From the sequence record MZ444140.1: a stretch of 64,000 nt of DNA. One strand, written 5' to 3'. A program made the translations under genes and the position numbers. Shown here one piece after another: positions 19,375 to 32,998 of this stretch. The notes beneath the pieces were generated by a model. It saw only the letters and a program-made list of their open reading frames with translations, did not search any database and had not been told where the DNA came from. How positions within the stretch are numbered: the first letter of the stretch is position 1; every line of letters begins with the position of its first letter.

Positions 19375-19844
19375 TTAGTTAATATAACACCCCATCCAGG
19401 GTGGACTCTTTCGAAAAATGGTAATGTATTATTTCGTATACTGTCTGCATCAATATTTGGAATGTGGATGGTACAACAGTGGGGGTTACTGTCAATCTTG
19501 AAATAGAAATTATCTTTTAAATCTTCAACCTTGGATGTTTGTAATGGATATAAAATACCATTCCCCCAAACATACCAACGTCTATACAGCTTATCGTTTA
19601 ACCGCTTCTCAATAACCGAATGCGATTTGAAACGAGGAACTCGCAAACGCATCCCGTTTACTTCAGCCCATTTGTCTACCCGATCATAGCTAATAATTCC
19701 ATCCTTAACCATTACAAAGATAAATCCCTCAACTATGTTGGGGAGACGAACTACGTGTTTCAGAACCATAGTAAACGGAGATAACGTCAGATCAAGTTCA
19801 GCTGCCATTTGCTCGTCGAGCTTTTTAGCAGTGTTCTTTGCCAT
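19371..19844 (-). CDS. Hypothetical protein
   Basis: 157-aa ORF with AGGAG RBS. Confidence 0.7.
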   Translation of the reverse strand: MAKNTAKKLDEQMAAELDLTLSPFTMVLKHVVRLPNIVEGFIFVMVKDGIISYDRVDKWAEVNGMRLRVPRFKSHSVIEKRLNDKLYRRWYVWGNGILYPLQTSKVEDLKDNFYFKIDSNPHCCTIHIPNIDADSIRNNTLPFFERVHPGWGVILTN

Positions 19845-19883
19845 CGGTTATCTCCTAATATACAGATTATTAATTATCGCTAG

Positions 19884-20366
19884 TTATTTAATATCTGCAA
19901 AATTCTGATTTACTTTACCCATAAAAATACCATCGGCTCTATCGTCATAATAAAGCTTCCCTGCTTTAGCATTACATAAAACTCCATAAATGTGACCATT
20001 GTAACCATCAAAATTAAATAAAGATGGATTATGCGGTACATGAATGAATCCCATTTTATCGCACAGAAACTTAGCTACAGCAGCCGATCGGCTAATACCT
20101 GCCTCACAGTGTACGAATAGGTGTTGACCCTTACCAAGAGCTTCACAGAAGGAAATAATACGTTGTGCATGCCGATGATCAAATAGATCATAAGAAGAAT
20201 CAACATAATCCTCAATGTCATCAACATTGATACGTAAATAATTAAGATGTTTTGCTGAATAAAGTGGGACTCTACCTTTCTCCAGTAGACAGATCATATT
20301 TCTAGGGGAATAAAATGATTCAGCTACATGCAAAGGAATATAAGTAACTGTATTTACTGGCTTCAT
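19884..20366 (-). CDS. Cysteine-based (CX5R) protein tyrosine/dual-specificity phosphatase-like protein
   Basis: VHCEAGISRSAAVA signature. Confidence 0.8.
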   Translation of the reverse strand: MKPVNTVTYIPLHVAESFYSPRNMICLLEKGRVPLYSAKHLNYLRINVDDIEDYVDSSYDLFDHRHAQRIISFCEALGKGQHLFVHCEAGISRSAAVAKFLCDKMGFIHVPHNPSLFNFDGYNGHIYGVLCNAKAGKLYYDDRADGIFMGKVNQNFADIK

Positions 20367-20394
20367 ATTACACCTCGTTACAAAAAAAATAAAA

Positions 20395-20412
20395 GGAGCC
20401 CCGAAGGGCTCC
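20395..20412 (-). terminator. Intrinsic terminator after phuZ
   Basis: GGAGCCC-TTCG-GGGGCTCC followed by TTTTATTTTTTTTT on the minus strand. Confidence 0.8.
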
Positions 20413-20420
20413 AGTATAGG

Positions 20421-21404
20421 TTAATCGAATACAAGACCACTACTAGTTGCTTGGTCATCCACATCTAGAGTAGACTGACGCTTACGCATATTAGCTTTGG
20501 CTCGATTCATCATTTCACGACGTTCTTCTAATCGTTTACGAATATCTTCAACAGATAGACTAGTGATCACAAAATGCATTTGATCGAAATCATATTTCTC
20601 GGGATCAGCATAACCAGTGGTACGAGTTAAAACAGTGTTAATGGATACTTCGCGATCAGGGTCAGTGTATAGCGAAGCAATAGAAATTGGGTCCAGAATA
20701 GCCTGGGCTTCTTGACGATCAAAACACACGTGTAATTGGACAGTCTGTACAGGTACATCATGGTGTTTATGGAAGTGTGCCCAGTTAGTGATATCCATTA
20801 GATCAAGACTTTGGTGTTCTTGATTAAATAGAGTTACTAGTGCATCTAGTACTTCAAGAATGTTTTGGTTCACCATTGACTGCGGTACACCTTCAACATT
20901 CTCATGATAGTTAATAATCATCGGAACTTTACTAACAGAGGAAACCCCTTCAAACGTCTTAAGGCTACCACTACTATTTCGAAGACTAATATCGCTGTCG
21001 TAAGATCCAATGACCACACTTACAACTACTTCACCTTGTTGTTGTAGATGACTGACAAGGGAAGGACCAATAGTTGAACCAGAAGCACCACCCATTGAAT
21101 ACACTACAATGTTAGCATCCCCTGCTGGGAAATGATGGGCAATGGCAGGAATGTGTGAAGAGATTAGTTCTGCGGCTGCCTTACGATCTTTACCCATACC
21201 GATAGCACGTTTACGTGCGGTCTGGTCAGCTAGCTTAGTATCCGCTTCAATAATGATCGTATTATCGTCAGTATTGTGTTTGTGTTTATTTTGTACACTG
21301 GTATCAATGTAGCAAACATCCTCATGATAACCATGGAATAGTTCACCAATACGGAAACCAGCACCACCACAAAAGTAAATTCGAGTTTTTACTTTAGACA
21401 TCAT
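20421..21404 (-). CDS. phuZ: PhuZ phage tubulin (phiKZ gp39 equivalent)
   Basis: 327 aa; CGGAG (T1 loop), YIDTS, GMGKDR, SMGGASGS tubulin signature, acidic LVFD tail. Confidence 0.95.
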   Translation of the reverse strand: MMSKVKTRIYFCGGAGFRIGELFHGYHEDVCYIDTSVQNKHKHNTDDNTIIIEADTKLADQTARKRAIGMGKDRKAAAELISSHIPAIAHHFPAGDANIVVYSMGGASGSTIGPSLVSHLQQQGEVVVSVVIGSYDSDISLRNSSGSLKTFEGVSSVSKVPMIINYHENVEGVPQSMVNQNILEVLDALVTLFNQEHQSLDLMDITNWAHFHKHHDVPVQTVQLHVCFDRQEAQAILDPISIASLYTDPDREVSINTVLTRTTGYADPEKYDFDQMHFVITSLSVEDIRKRLEERREMMNRAKANMRKRQSTLDVDDQATSSGLVFD

Positions 21405-21454
21405 TACACCTCATTGTGTTTAATATAAATTCATATACCAACTTGTAAATGGTA

Positions 21455-21967
21455 TCAGTGCTTAAAAGTAACGATCTCTTCATGAGTTCGTTCTTGATGA
21501 ACAATTAATTCATTAACCACTTTACCAGTATCAGATTTAAATTCGATTACCATCTTATCTCGACACATGTATGTTTGCCAAGTACCACCAGACTTAACAC
21601 AATCAATAATCATGTTAAGTACATTCTTAACTTCAATCTTACTAACTTTATAACGATAAACGTTTAGAAGTTCAGTAAGCCATTTCGTTTTTGGGATTTT
21701 GGCATTTTTACGTTCTTTTGAAATATCAAAAGGAATTAGTGCAATGATCTCACCATCTTTGTTGGTGAATTCAAATACCATTCCTTTTGAGTTAGCTAAA
21801 GGACGAATGTTATAATTACCTTTAACACTGCATACTTCTTCAGATAACTTAACTAACCTATCTAGTTGAACATCAGATGCATGAATGTTATCTTCTTTAA
21901 ATGCTTTCTTTAGTTCATCATGAGTTAGTGGAGTACGTACTAGAGTGTAATCTTTCTGTTCAGTCAT
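21455..21967 (-). CDS. Hypothetical protein upstream of phuZ
   Basis: 170 aa, lysine-rich; two halves each containing an MVxEF motif. Confidence 0.7.
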   Translation of the reverse strand: MTEQKDYTLVRTPLTHDELKKAFKEDNIHASDVQLDRLVKLSEEVCSVKGNYNIRPLANSKGMVFEFTNKDGEIIALIPFDISKERKNAKIPKTKWLTELLNVYRYKVSKIEVKNVLNMIIDCVKSGGTWQTYMCRDKMVIEFKSDTGKVVNELIVHQERTHEEIVTFKH

Positions 21968-22214
21968 TTTTCATTTTTTCCAATTTTTCTATTTTCAAAT
22001 TAAACGGTATTGGCTTTTTATAGCCAATCCCTTATTACTAAAAGTAATAGATTCTCGAACTAAGGATGGGTTATACCCCTTCTCTAATAATAAGGAATAT
22101 TATATGGGACCCCCCCAAAGGGTCCCCCCCACATAATATACTATTTATATAATTTTCTTTTTAGAAGAAAAGAGATAAATAAGAGAAATACAGTCTATTA
22201 AAGTAATGAATTTC

Positions 22215-23036
22215 TCAAAAATTAAATAGTACACCGCGCGTCCGTTGCGTCGGATTGGCCTGCCGGACGATGGTCCGGATGTGCGGTAATAGCGGGTTTT
22301 TCAAAAATACTTGCATCGCGGTTGAATTGAGCGGTTGATTATAACGTGTGATCTTAATAGTAAATAGAACTTCTTCAACATCTGAATGACATCCTTCGAA
22401 ACTAAAATATACTTCAGTCCGATCAATAAACTGATACATTTCTACAGCTGGTTCAGCTGGATCTTTAAAGGCCAGCTTATTAGCGAAATAATCAGTATGG
22501 GCTAGAATTAATTCTTTTACATTAATTGCATTCTTCTTATCAACAAGGAATTCAAACTCTTCAAGGTTATCTGTTTTGAAAATACCTTGATAAGATGACG
22601 ACTCGATTAGTTCATCACTGATATCATCAACATGAACGCCTGGCATAAATTCAATGACTGGTAGAATAAGCTTGTTACCTCCTACGCCGTCAGCGATATG
22701 AATTCCAATCACATTACCATCACTAATGTATTCGTCATTACCGCAAATAACGGCACCAGCCGCTAGATATAAATTATCAACATATTTCAGATTATCGGCA
22801 ATAATGCGAGATAGTACATATTCTCGCACCATGGCATCATCTGGACTTGACTGCGGTTTAAAAGTATAGTGGGTGTTATGACTACTCATGGTCGCACATG
22901 TAACAAAAACTGAAATATCTACTGGATTAAATACCCAATGAACGGAGATATCCTCTAATTTATGTGGATGATGTAAACCATCTAGCTTAGATAGGGCTTG
23001 GAGTTGTTCTTCCCAGGTGATGTTAAATTGAGTCAT
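22215..23036 (-). CDS. dip: Dip, RNase E degradosome-interacting protein (phiKZ gp37 equivalent)
   Basis: 273 aa from MTQFNITWEEQLQALSKLDGLHHPHKL (GAGG RBS); sequence recognised from phiKZ Dip. Confidence 0.85.
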   Translation of the reverse strand: MTQFNITWEEQLQALSKLDGLHHPHKLEDISVHWVFNPVDISVFVTCATMSSHNTHYTFKPQSSPDDAMVREYVLSRIIADNLKYVDNLYLAAGAVICGNDEYISDGNVIGIHIADGVGGNKLILPVIEFMPGVHVDDISDELIESSSYQGIFKTDNLEEFEFLVDKKNAINVKELILAHTDYFANKLAFKDPAEPAVEMYQFIDRTEVYFSFEGCHSDVEEVLFTIKITRYNQPLNSTAMQVFLKNPLLPHIRTIVRQANPTQRTRGVLFNF

Positions 23037-23072
23037 TTTTTCTAACCTCTTCATTTATTAAAAATAATACAC

Positions 23073-23885
23073 TTATTTTACTTTAGCAGTTGATACTTCA
23101 CATACATTAACTAATTGTTCAAATAACGGTTCATTATCTGGATCATTAACTAATTTTGATGTATTAATAATAATACCAGAATACAGCATATCAGCTGCAT
23201 CTCGATCACTTGTTTTGCTGGTTACACCTTCCCACTTCCATCCATAGTAAATTAAATCAAATGATGAACCAATGTTAAAGGTTGATTGAATAAATTTGCA
23301 TGTACCATTTTCTTTTAACCAATCAGGCCTATATGGTTCATTTTTATAAAATTCATGCATGAGTACTTTAAAATCAGTTTTAATGTTTTCATGAATAATG
23401 CAATCAATAGAATTAAGAGCTTCATCAAGAGCTGATTTAGACTCAATAATGATTTCTGATACATTGGCAGATTTTAGTGTAATCATGCCTAGTTCATCTG
23501 AGTGTGCTCTTCCGATTTGAAATACATTGAGCTTACCAATTGGTAAGGTGGCTTTTAATGGCAGATTAGTATAGTGAGATACATCGCTTTTATAACTGTC
23601 TTCATATGACTCAATTAAATTAAGCCATGCTCTTTCAATACGTGTATTCTCAAAATGCTGTTCTTCTTCTAGTAGTCTAGAAATTAGATGATTAATGTAT
23701 TGAACATTATGGCCAGTACCTGTAATTGAATTATATTTCGTATTACCGGTAATTCCCCATTTATTATTTTCTTTATTTATCCAACCGTAGATTACACTGT
23801 TTTTAGGATATTTATTTTTAAAATTATCGTATATTTCTTTTAGATGTGGATTAGGGGTAAAACTAAAAGTAGTTGATTCAGTCAT
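23073..23885 (-). CDS. Hypothetical protein
   Basis: 270-aa ORF with TATATTAC promoter upstream. Confidence 0.7.
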   Translation of the reverse strand: MTESTTFSFTPNPHLKEIYDNFKNKYPKNSVIYGWINKENNKWGITGNTKYNSITGTGHNVQYINHLISRLLEEEQHFENTRIERAWLNLIESYEDSYKSDVSHYTNLPLKATLPIGKLNVFQIGRAHSDELGMITLKSANVSEIIIESKSALDEALNSIDCIIHENIKTDFKVLMHEFYKNEPYRPDWLKENGTCKFIQSTFNIGSSFDLIYYGWKWEGVTSKTSDRDAADMLYSGIIINTSKLVNDPDNEPLFEQLVNVCEVSTAKVK

Positions 23886-23925
23886 TATAGATACCTATTT
23901 GAATATTGTTTATTATTGCAAATAT

Positions 23926-23950
23926 GTAATATAGATCTTAAACTTTTTTT
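23926..23950 (-). promoter_or_regulatory. TATATTAC-type promoter for the 23073-23885 gene and dip
   Basis: AAAAAAAGTTTAAGATCTATATTAC. Confidence 0.7.
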
Positions 23951-23988
23951 AACTCAGCATAAAGCCTCCCCTAGGGGAGGCAATATGT

Positions 23989-24804
23989 TCATTTATCTAT
24001 TTCAGCGTTTGGATCATACCAAGGTAATAAACTTAGTAATGCCGGTTGTTGTTTCTTCATATCCTCTAAGATTGTTGCTTCACTTGCACCTTCTAACATA
24101 GTGGTGAAAGTAATCATGTTCTTAGAGTTATATATCGGACGTAGACCATTACCAAAGAATTTTACCTGTTGAACCATTATTTTGAAATCAGGGTTATCGA
24201 CTACATCTGGGATATAGATAGCAGGTGGCGCACTGAAATAACGTTTAATTAACTCAATAGCCCAATACGTTGGTAAATCACCAAACTGTGATTTCACTGT
24301 AGCTAGGTTTAATTGGAATGCTTTAGGTTCTTCAGGCGGTGGTTCCACCGGATCAACTGGATCAGTGGGTTCTTCAGGGTCAGTAGGTTCAGTTGGCTCT
24401 TCAGGATCCTCTGGATCGCCTTCTGTTGGCTTTTCTTCAGATGTGCCACCATCAGGGTCACCTGAACCATCATCATCTTCAACGGGCTCCTCAGGCGTTT
24501 CTATAGGCTCCTTCGGATCTTCCTGATTCTCCGATAGATCGGGCTCTTCTGATTCCCCATCTCCATTTGCTTCAGTAGAAGACGTGTCTTCTGATTCTTC
24601 ATCTGTTGTCGAGTCAGTTGCGGCTGTGTTTTCTGAATCGGCAGTGGTATTTTCATTTTCACTTGATTCAGTAGAAACAATTTCAGTAGGAGTGGTTTCA
24701 AGTTCATTGACACTATCCTCTGCATTAGTTACTTCATTAGGGATTTCACTAATTTCTGATAATGTTACTGGTGCACTTACTGCGCGAGTTTTTCGTTTAG
24801 CCAT
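23989..24804 (-). CDS. Acidic low-complexity protein with (D/E)P(E/T/V) repeats and a folded C-terminal domain
   Basis: 271 aa; basic N-terminal MAKRKTR then about 150 aa rich in E/D/T/P. Confidence 0.75.
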   Translation of the reverse strand: MAKRKTRAVSAPVTLSEISEIPNEVTNAEDSVNELETTPTEIVSTESSENENTTADSENTAATDSTTDEESEDTSSTEANGDGESEEPDLSENQEDPKEPIETPEEPVEDDDGSGDPDGGTSEEKPTEGDPEDPEEPTEPTDPEEPTDPVDPVEPPPEEPKAFQLNLATVKSQFGDLPTYWAIELIKRYFSAPPAIYIPDVVDNPDFKIMVQQVKFFGNGLRPIYNSKNMITFTTMLEGASEATILEDMKKQQPALLSLLPWYDPNAEIDK

Positions 24805-24813
24805 GGTTGTACC

Positions 24814-25593
<780 letters not shown>

Positions 25594-25679
25594 CTACAAT
25601 TATATTTGAGTTATTGTACTACAGATGATAAAAGAGAAAATACATCATAAGCCCTCTCCTTATGGAGAGGGCATTATAT

Positions 25680-25883
25680 TTACATAGTGTTAAAACACGC
25701 ATTAAATTTAGATAATGAGCAGCCAGTATAAATTAATGATTGCTCTAGTTGTATGATGACATCGCCATTACTATCAAAATCAGCAGCAATAAAAGTAGAT
25801 TCAGTTATCTTAAAAGTAGATGGTAGCATTTCTAAATAATTAAATATTGCTTGATTATCGATGTCATGAGGATTTAAATCCAT
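25680..25883 (-). CDS. Small hypothetical protein
   Basis: 67-aa ORF with AGGT RBS. Confidence 0.55.
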   Translation of the reverse strand: MDLNPHDIDNQAIFNYLEMLPSTFKITESTFIAADFDSNGDVIIQLEQSLIYTGCSLSKFNACFNTM

Positions 25884-25890
25884 ATGTTAC

Positions 25891-26760
25891 CTATACATGG
25901 ATAGTTATGGACCAAATATTAACAGGACTGCATAAGACAATTGTGATTAAATCTCTATGAGTTCTTTGATAATGATTGGAACACATAACTTTGATTAACT
26001 TTAATTTTTTAGTTTCTTTATTTTGAATTTCTTTGATAAGCGATTCAATAAGCTCATTAGTAATAAGTGAATGTCCATCAATAAATGGTTTTATACTTAC
26101 TAGCGAATCTTTGTTAAATAGAATTGCATCATCATATTCGCATGTAGCTGCGGTCTTGTATATGGATGCAACTTTATTAACTTTGTCATTAGTGACTATA
26201 GAAAAATTAAATTCACTCTTAGTTTTACTTAACGATGTTTCAAATAATTTATATTTATCAATAATAGTTTTATTATCAATAAATGATTTCATCCCAATAT
26301 TTAAATCTATGTCCAGTGTGTAAGAATCATGTATTAAACCAATTGATAGTTGAGTCTCATTACCACTATTGTTAAACTTAATATTATTAACTGAACATAT
26401 CTGATTATTAATAAACGATAATAATAGTTTAGAAATAGTTTTAATAACATTAACTTCATAATCATTATTAGTACAAGCAAGTGCAGTTGTCATGTATCGA
26501 CTAACTTGACTAACATCTAGTTTCTGATAGTTACTACCACTATCTATCCATGGGTCAATAGTTAAATTAATCCTTAGACTAGCTAGAATATCAGAAGATG
26601 TTTCAGAATAAATGAAAAACACATTATTGTTAAGATCATCTTTTAGCCAACCACTAGTTCTAAGATTTTCTAGATCTTTTTCATTAGATACCGATTGACT
26701 TAATTGCTGAATTAAACTAGGGTTAGCTAGGTTTAATAAACTAATCATTTTATAAACCAT
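25891..26760 (-). CDS. Hypothetical protein
   Basis: 289-aa AT-rich ORF with GAGG RBS. Confidence 0.7.
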   Translation of the reverse strand: MVYKMISLLNLANPSLIQQLSQSVSNEKDLENLRTSGWLKDDLNNNVFFIYSETSSDILASLRINLTIDPWIDSGSNYQKLDVSQVSRYMTTALACTNNDYEVNVIKTISKLLLSFINNQICSVNNIKFNNSGNETQLSIGLIHDSYTLDIDLNIGMKSFIDNKTIIDKYKLFETSLSKTKSEFNFSIVTNDKVNKVASIYKTAATCEYDDAILFNKDSLVSIKPFIDGHSLITNELIESLIKEIQNKETKKLKLIKVMCSNHYQRTHRDLITIVLCSPVNIWSITIHV

Positions 26761-26814
26761 TTTATTATCCTCTAATTTATGTAATTACATGGAATAAATA
26801 ACATAAGTACTTTT

Positions 26815-28089
26815 ATGACTTATGATTTGATTCTCCAGGAGGTTTTCCCAATGGCAACTATTAAAGAAGTCCTTGATAGAAATTTTAAGGATGTTCAATT
26901 TGATCGCGATTTATGTAAAAGAATTATTGACTTTACTATCAGTTTTATGAATAGGAATGCTGATCACTCTGCTTTCTTTGGTGGTGTATTACTAGGTGTA
27001 CAACAAGTTAAATTCTTCGATACGGATCGTGAGATTTGGTATGATGATGTTTTACGAATTGATGAAGCGCTGTTAGTCCAAGATTTTAAGTCAGTTGAAT
27101 TCATTGACCCTAACCATCGTGTAATGTCAGATGTATTCAATCATCTTCCTGCCTATATTTGTTCTAGGCTTTTAAAAACAACTAATGTTCCTTTGAATAT
27201 TAGACATGAAGCAATGGTTAGTTGTTTCATGGTGTTGCATTTTAAATATCTAACATCTTTACTTGTACCACGCTTTAAATATCCTGCACGTAAAGAAGTA
27301 GCCGAAGCTGCATTCGCCGCACTCAATTATCGATTTGACATTAAGACAATTGGGTCATGGGAGAAACTATTTAGGCAACGGGCTGAAGGTATCATTGCAC
27401 CTGATTCTATTTATGCACCTTTCTTAACTGGTAAAACACAAGAACTGGATTATTGGTCTGGTCGTGTAGTATCTGATACTCAAACACGTCTACGTGAATT
27501 AATCAACAAGTACTATGATGTTTATATCAGAACACTGCAATCAGGTGGTAAATTAGTTATTTCATCAGACATGGCTATTAATTCTGATGGTGAGCAGATT
27601 CTACGCGATAAGTCTACTGGGTATCGCTCATATCTTACTTATATCCATCAAGTTGCGCAACAAGAACAAAATTTCATTAGACCTGAGTTAGTCGGTATTA
27701 TTGAAAAGATAATGCCCACAATGCCACCAGAAATGTTCATGGCGACACTTAGACACCTTTCCCGTAACATCGGTCAACCTAGGGCACAAAAGCTTGAGAA
27801 ACTCGTAGATGAGTGCTTATTGTATGCTTTCGATTATATGCAATCACTCCGTACAATGGTTGCTAGAAATAATGATCTACAAACATTGCTTGTAAAAATA
27901 CGAGCAAAGATAATGGCATCTAAAACAGAAAATGCTCAAGTTATTTTCATGCGTGAAGAAGGTGAGAAGTTAGTTAGGGATGCGACTAATTCTAGGGTAC
28001 CTGCATATATCGCAGCAACTAGGACTGGGTTGATGTTGTATTTAATTCTACGTGCTATGACTAAGAATTACTATACAAAAACAAAATAA
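26815..28089 (+). CDS. Conserved phiKZ-like virion structural protein (gp32 position)
   Basis: Long plus-strand ORF; likely start MATIKEVL after AGGAGG. Confidence 0.7.
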   Translation: MTYDLILQEVFPMATIKEVLDRNFKDVQFDRDLCKRIIDFTISFMNRNADHSAFFGGVLLGVQQVKFFDTDREIWYDDVLRIDEALLVQDFKSVEFIDPNHRVMSDVFNHLPAYICSRLLKTTNVPLNIRHEAMVSCFMVLHFKYLTSLLVPRFKYPARKEVAEAAFAALNYRFDIKTIGSWEKLFRQRAEGIIAPDSIYAPFLTGKTQELDYWSGRVVSDTQTRLRELINKYYDVYIRTLQSGGKLVISSDMAINSDGEQILRDKSTGYRSYLTYIHQVAQQEQNFIRPELVGIIEKIMPTMPPEMFMATLRHLSRNIGQPRAQKLEKLVDECLLYAFDYMQSLRTMVARNNDLQTLLVKIRAKIMASKTENAQVIFMREEGEKLVRDATNSRVPAYIAATRTGLMLYLILRAMTKNYYTKTK

Positions 28090-28090
28090 A

Positions 28091-28122
28091 CATAATGCCC
28101 TCCCGCAATGGGAGGGCTTATG
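28091..28122. terminator. Bidirectional palindrome
   Basis: CATAATGCCCTCCCGCAATGGGAGGGCTTATG. Confidence 0.75.
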
Positions 28123-28135
28123 CTGTTAAGTAACA

Positions 28136-28498
28136 TTAGCTAGATTGATCATTACATAAATTTTTCAGAGCATCGTAAATAGCCACATAAGTAAAAATAG
28201 TTAAACTATCTTTAATTTCCTTACGCGGGGTACCACTGAATCCACCCCATGATACATTTGTATTACTAACGCATACAGTGCTAATAGCTGGCTCATGATA
28301 GCCACCATCTACTTTACGCTTTGCATAAACCTTAGCCGTAATTTCTCCACGTAACTTTTTGAAGAAAACTAGAGCACCCGGAACGACTATACGTTTATTA
28401 CCAATCTTCGTAATAAATTCTTTACGATTAGTAAAGTGCTCTTTTAATAAATCATTAATAATTTTAGTTAAACTATCAATTTCATTCTTCATCGACAC
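28136..28498 (-). CDS. Hypothetical protein
   Basis: 120-aa ORF. Confidence 0.65.
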   Translation of the reverse strand: MSMKNEIDSLTKIINDLLKEHFTNRKEFITKIGNKRIVVPGALVFFKKLRGEITAKVYAKRKVDGGYHEPAISTVCVSNTNVSWGGFSGTPRKEIKDSLTIFTYVAIYDALKNLCNDQSS

Positions 28499-29685
28499 GT
28501 TGTTAGTTCCTTACAAATAAACTTGATAACGTGATCACTTACAAATTTCAATGGACCAGAACAATTAGATTTCTCAATAGCGGTTTCAGTGTATGAAATT
28601 ATTTGATTTCCACTTAAGGATAATGAATCAAATAATTCATAAGAGTTATTATTTTTATTCTTAAAGGATACTGCATATTGACTATTTTCACTATTGATGC
28701 AAAATAGGTTAATAGCTGGGATAGATACAGAGTTATCTGAAGTATGGCTATTTTCCGTAATATTCCAATTACTGTATACAGTGAAAATATTTGCAGCTAG
28801 TAAAAGGTTGGCATTAACCGTTTCTAAACTAACATACTCCACAGAAGTACCTTTATGCCAATATAGTTCAATTGGATTAACCCAAGTATACCCAATGGTT
28901 TTATAGAAGGCATGCATTACATATTCTCGCCAACGTGTGGGTTTCTTATTATCAGTTAAAACACACGTAATATTGCCTGACGGATAAATGTGGTGGATGC
29001 TACATGCATTAATTTCATCTCTAACATTAGTTGTTTCAGTAATATTAGAATGATCCTGTTTGAATAGCCATTTTAAATGACTATTAGTTGTGTCATCACC
29101 TTCCCCATTTGCAATGTCATTTTCTAACCACTTTTCAAATGTAGCTTGTCTATCAGGTGTTGGCATTCCCCAATAGGTAGCTAAAATGAAACGATAATAG
29201 TATCGAATAATATCATCATCGTTAAGAATATTTTTATCCAGTTTCCAGTGATGTTGATACTCGTATACTTCGCTTGGAATATTATTTACTTGATACCATG
29301 TATTAATTAATACTTGAATTGTTAATTGCCGAATACTCTCACTTGTTAGAGTGTAATATTCCCTGCTATGCGGCTCTTCAATTGTCACTTCTTGATCAGT
29401 ATAACCAATGTATTTAGGTTTACCATCGATGAGTGCAAAATTAACATTCCATGATGTATCATTACTAAAAGTGATATTAATAAAACCTTGTTCAAAGCTA
29501 GGCTTCACTACGAAACTGACATCATCCTTCTGATATGTCATTTGCGTTAGAATACCAAAATTAATTTTAGATGTAAATTCTTTATCGAAGTTATGTTTAT
29601 AAAGTAATCCTAGTAAACAATCAATTTTATTAATAGTGTGGTTTTCTAATAATAAATCAGTATTTGTAAGTTCATTAATTTTCAT
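28489..29685 (-). CDS. Hypothetical protein
   Basis: 398-aa AT-rich ORF with GAGG RBS and TATATTAC promoter. Confidence 0.75.
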   Translation of the reverse strand: MKINELTNTDLLLENHTINKIDCLLGLLYKHNFDKEFTSKINFGILTQMTYQKDDVSFVVKPSFEQGFINITFSNDTSWNVNFALIDGKPKYIGYTDQEVTIEEPHSREYYTLTSESIRQLTIQVLINTWYQVNNIPSEVYEYQHHWKLDKNILNDDDIIRYYYRFILATYWGMPTPDRQATFEKWLENDIANGEGDDTTNSHLKWLFKQDHSNITETTNVRDEINACSIHHIYPSGNITCVLTDNKKPTRWREYVMHAFYKTIGYTWVNPIELYWHKGTSVEYVSLETVNANLLLAANIFTVYSNWNITENSHTSDNSVSIPAINLFCINSENSQYAVSFKNKNNNSYELFDSLSLSGNQIISYTETAIEKSNCSGPLKFVSDHVIKFICKELTTCR

Positions 29686-29738
29686 TTTAACCTCTCTAAA
29701 ATTTACAATCTAGTTTTACTTATTGAATAAGCAAACAT

Positions 29739-29762
29739 GTAATATATATCTTAATTATTTTT
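29739..29762 (-). promoter_or_regulatory. TATATTAC-type promoter
   Basis: AAAAATAATTAAGATATATATTAC. Confidence 0.7.
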
Positions 29763-29786
29763 TAGCATAGTTTTTAACAACATAAA

Positions 29787-29804
29787 GCCTCCCCGAAGGG
29801 AGGC
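29787..29804 (-). terminator. Terminator of the sheath-tube operon
   Basis: GCCTCCC-TTCG-GGGAGGC-TTTATG on the minus strand. Confidence 0.75.
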
Positions 29805-29812
29805 GATATGCT

Positions 29813-29994
29813 TTAGCTTTTTTGGTTAGTACCGACAGTCTGCTCATTCTTTTCAGTTTGAGCATTTCGCCGAAGTTGACTAACCAGACCATTGCCAGCC
29901 GCAACTACATCGGGAGAAAAGAATGCATTGATATCAAAGTTCTGATCTTGGTTGCGAGTCTTCCCAGGTGGGACCATCGGATATACTTTTGCCA

Positions 29995-29995
<1 letters not shown>
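29813..29995 (-). CDS. 60-aa protein translationally coupled to the tail tube gene
   Basis: TAATG stop/start overlap; sits before the operon terminator. Confidence 0.6.
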
Positions 29996-30879
<884 letters not shown>

Positions 30880-30907
30880 ACTTTTCCTCATTCTGAAAGC
30901 CACCCAC

Positions 30908-32998
<2,091 letters not shown>

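Noticed and set aside
22232-22350. Diversity-generating retroelement variable region at the dip 3' end
   Set aside because: No reverse transcriptase or template repeat in the window, and adenines are not specifically the variable positions I can identify; cannot be excluded for the rest of the genome
29805-29830. Tail-chaperone-type -1 frameshift at the A6G run ending the 60-aa gene
   Set aside because: The A AAA AAG heptamer is out of phase (codons CAA AAA AGC) and the shifted frame is short and runs through the terminator
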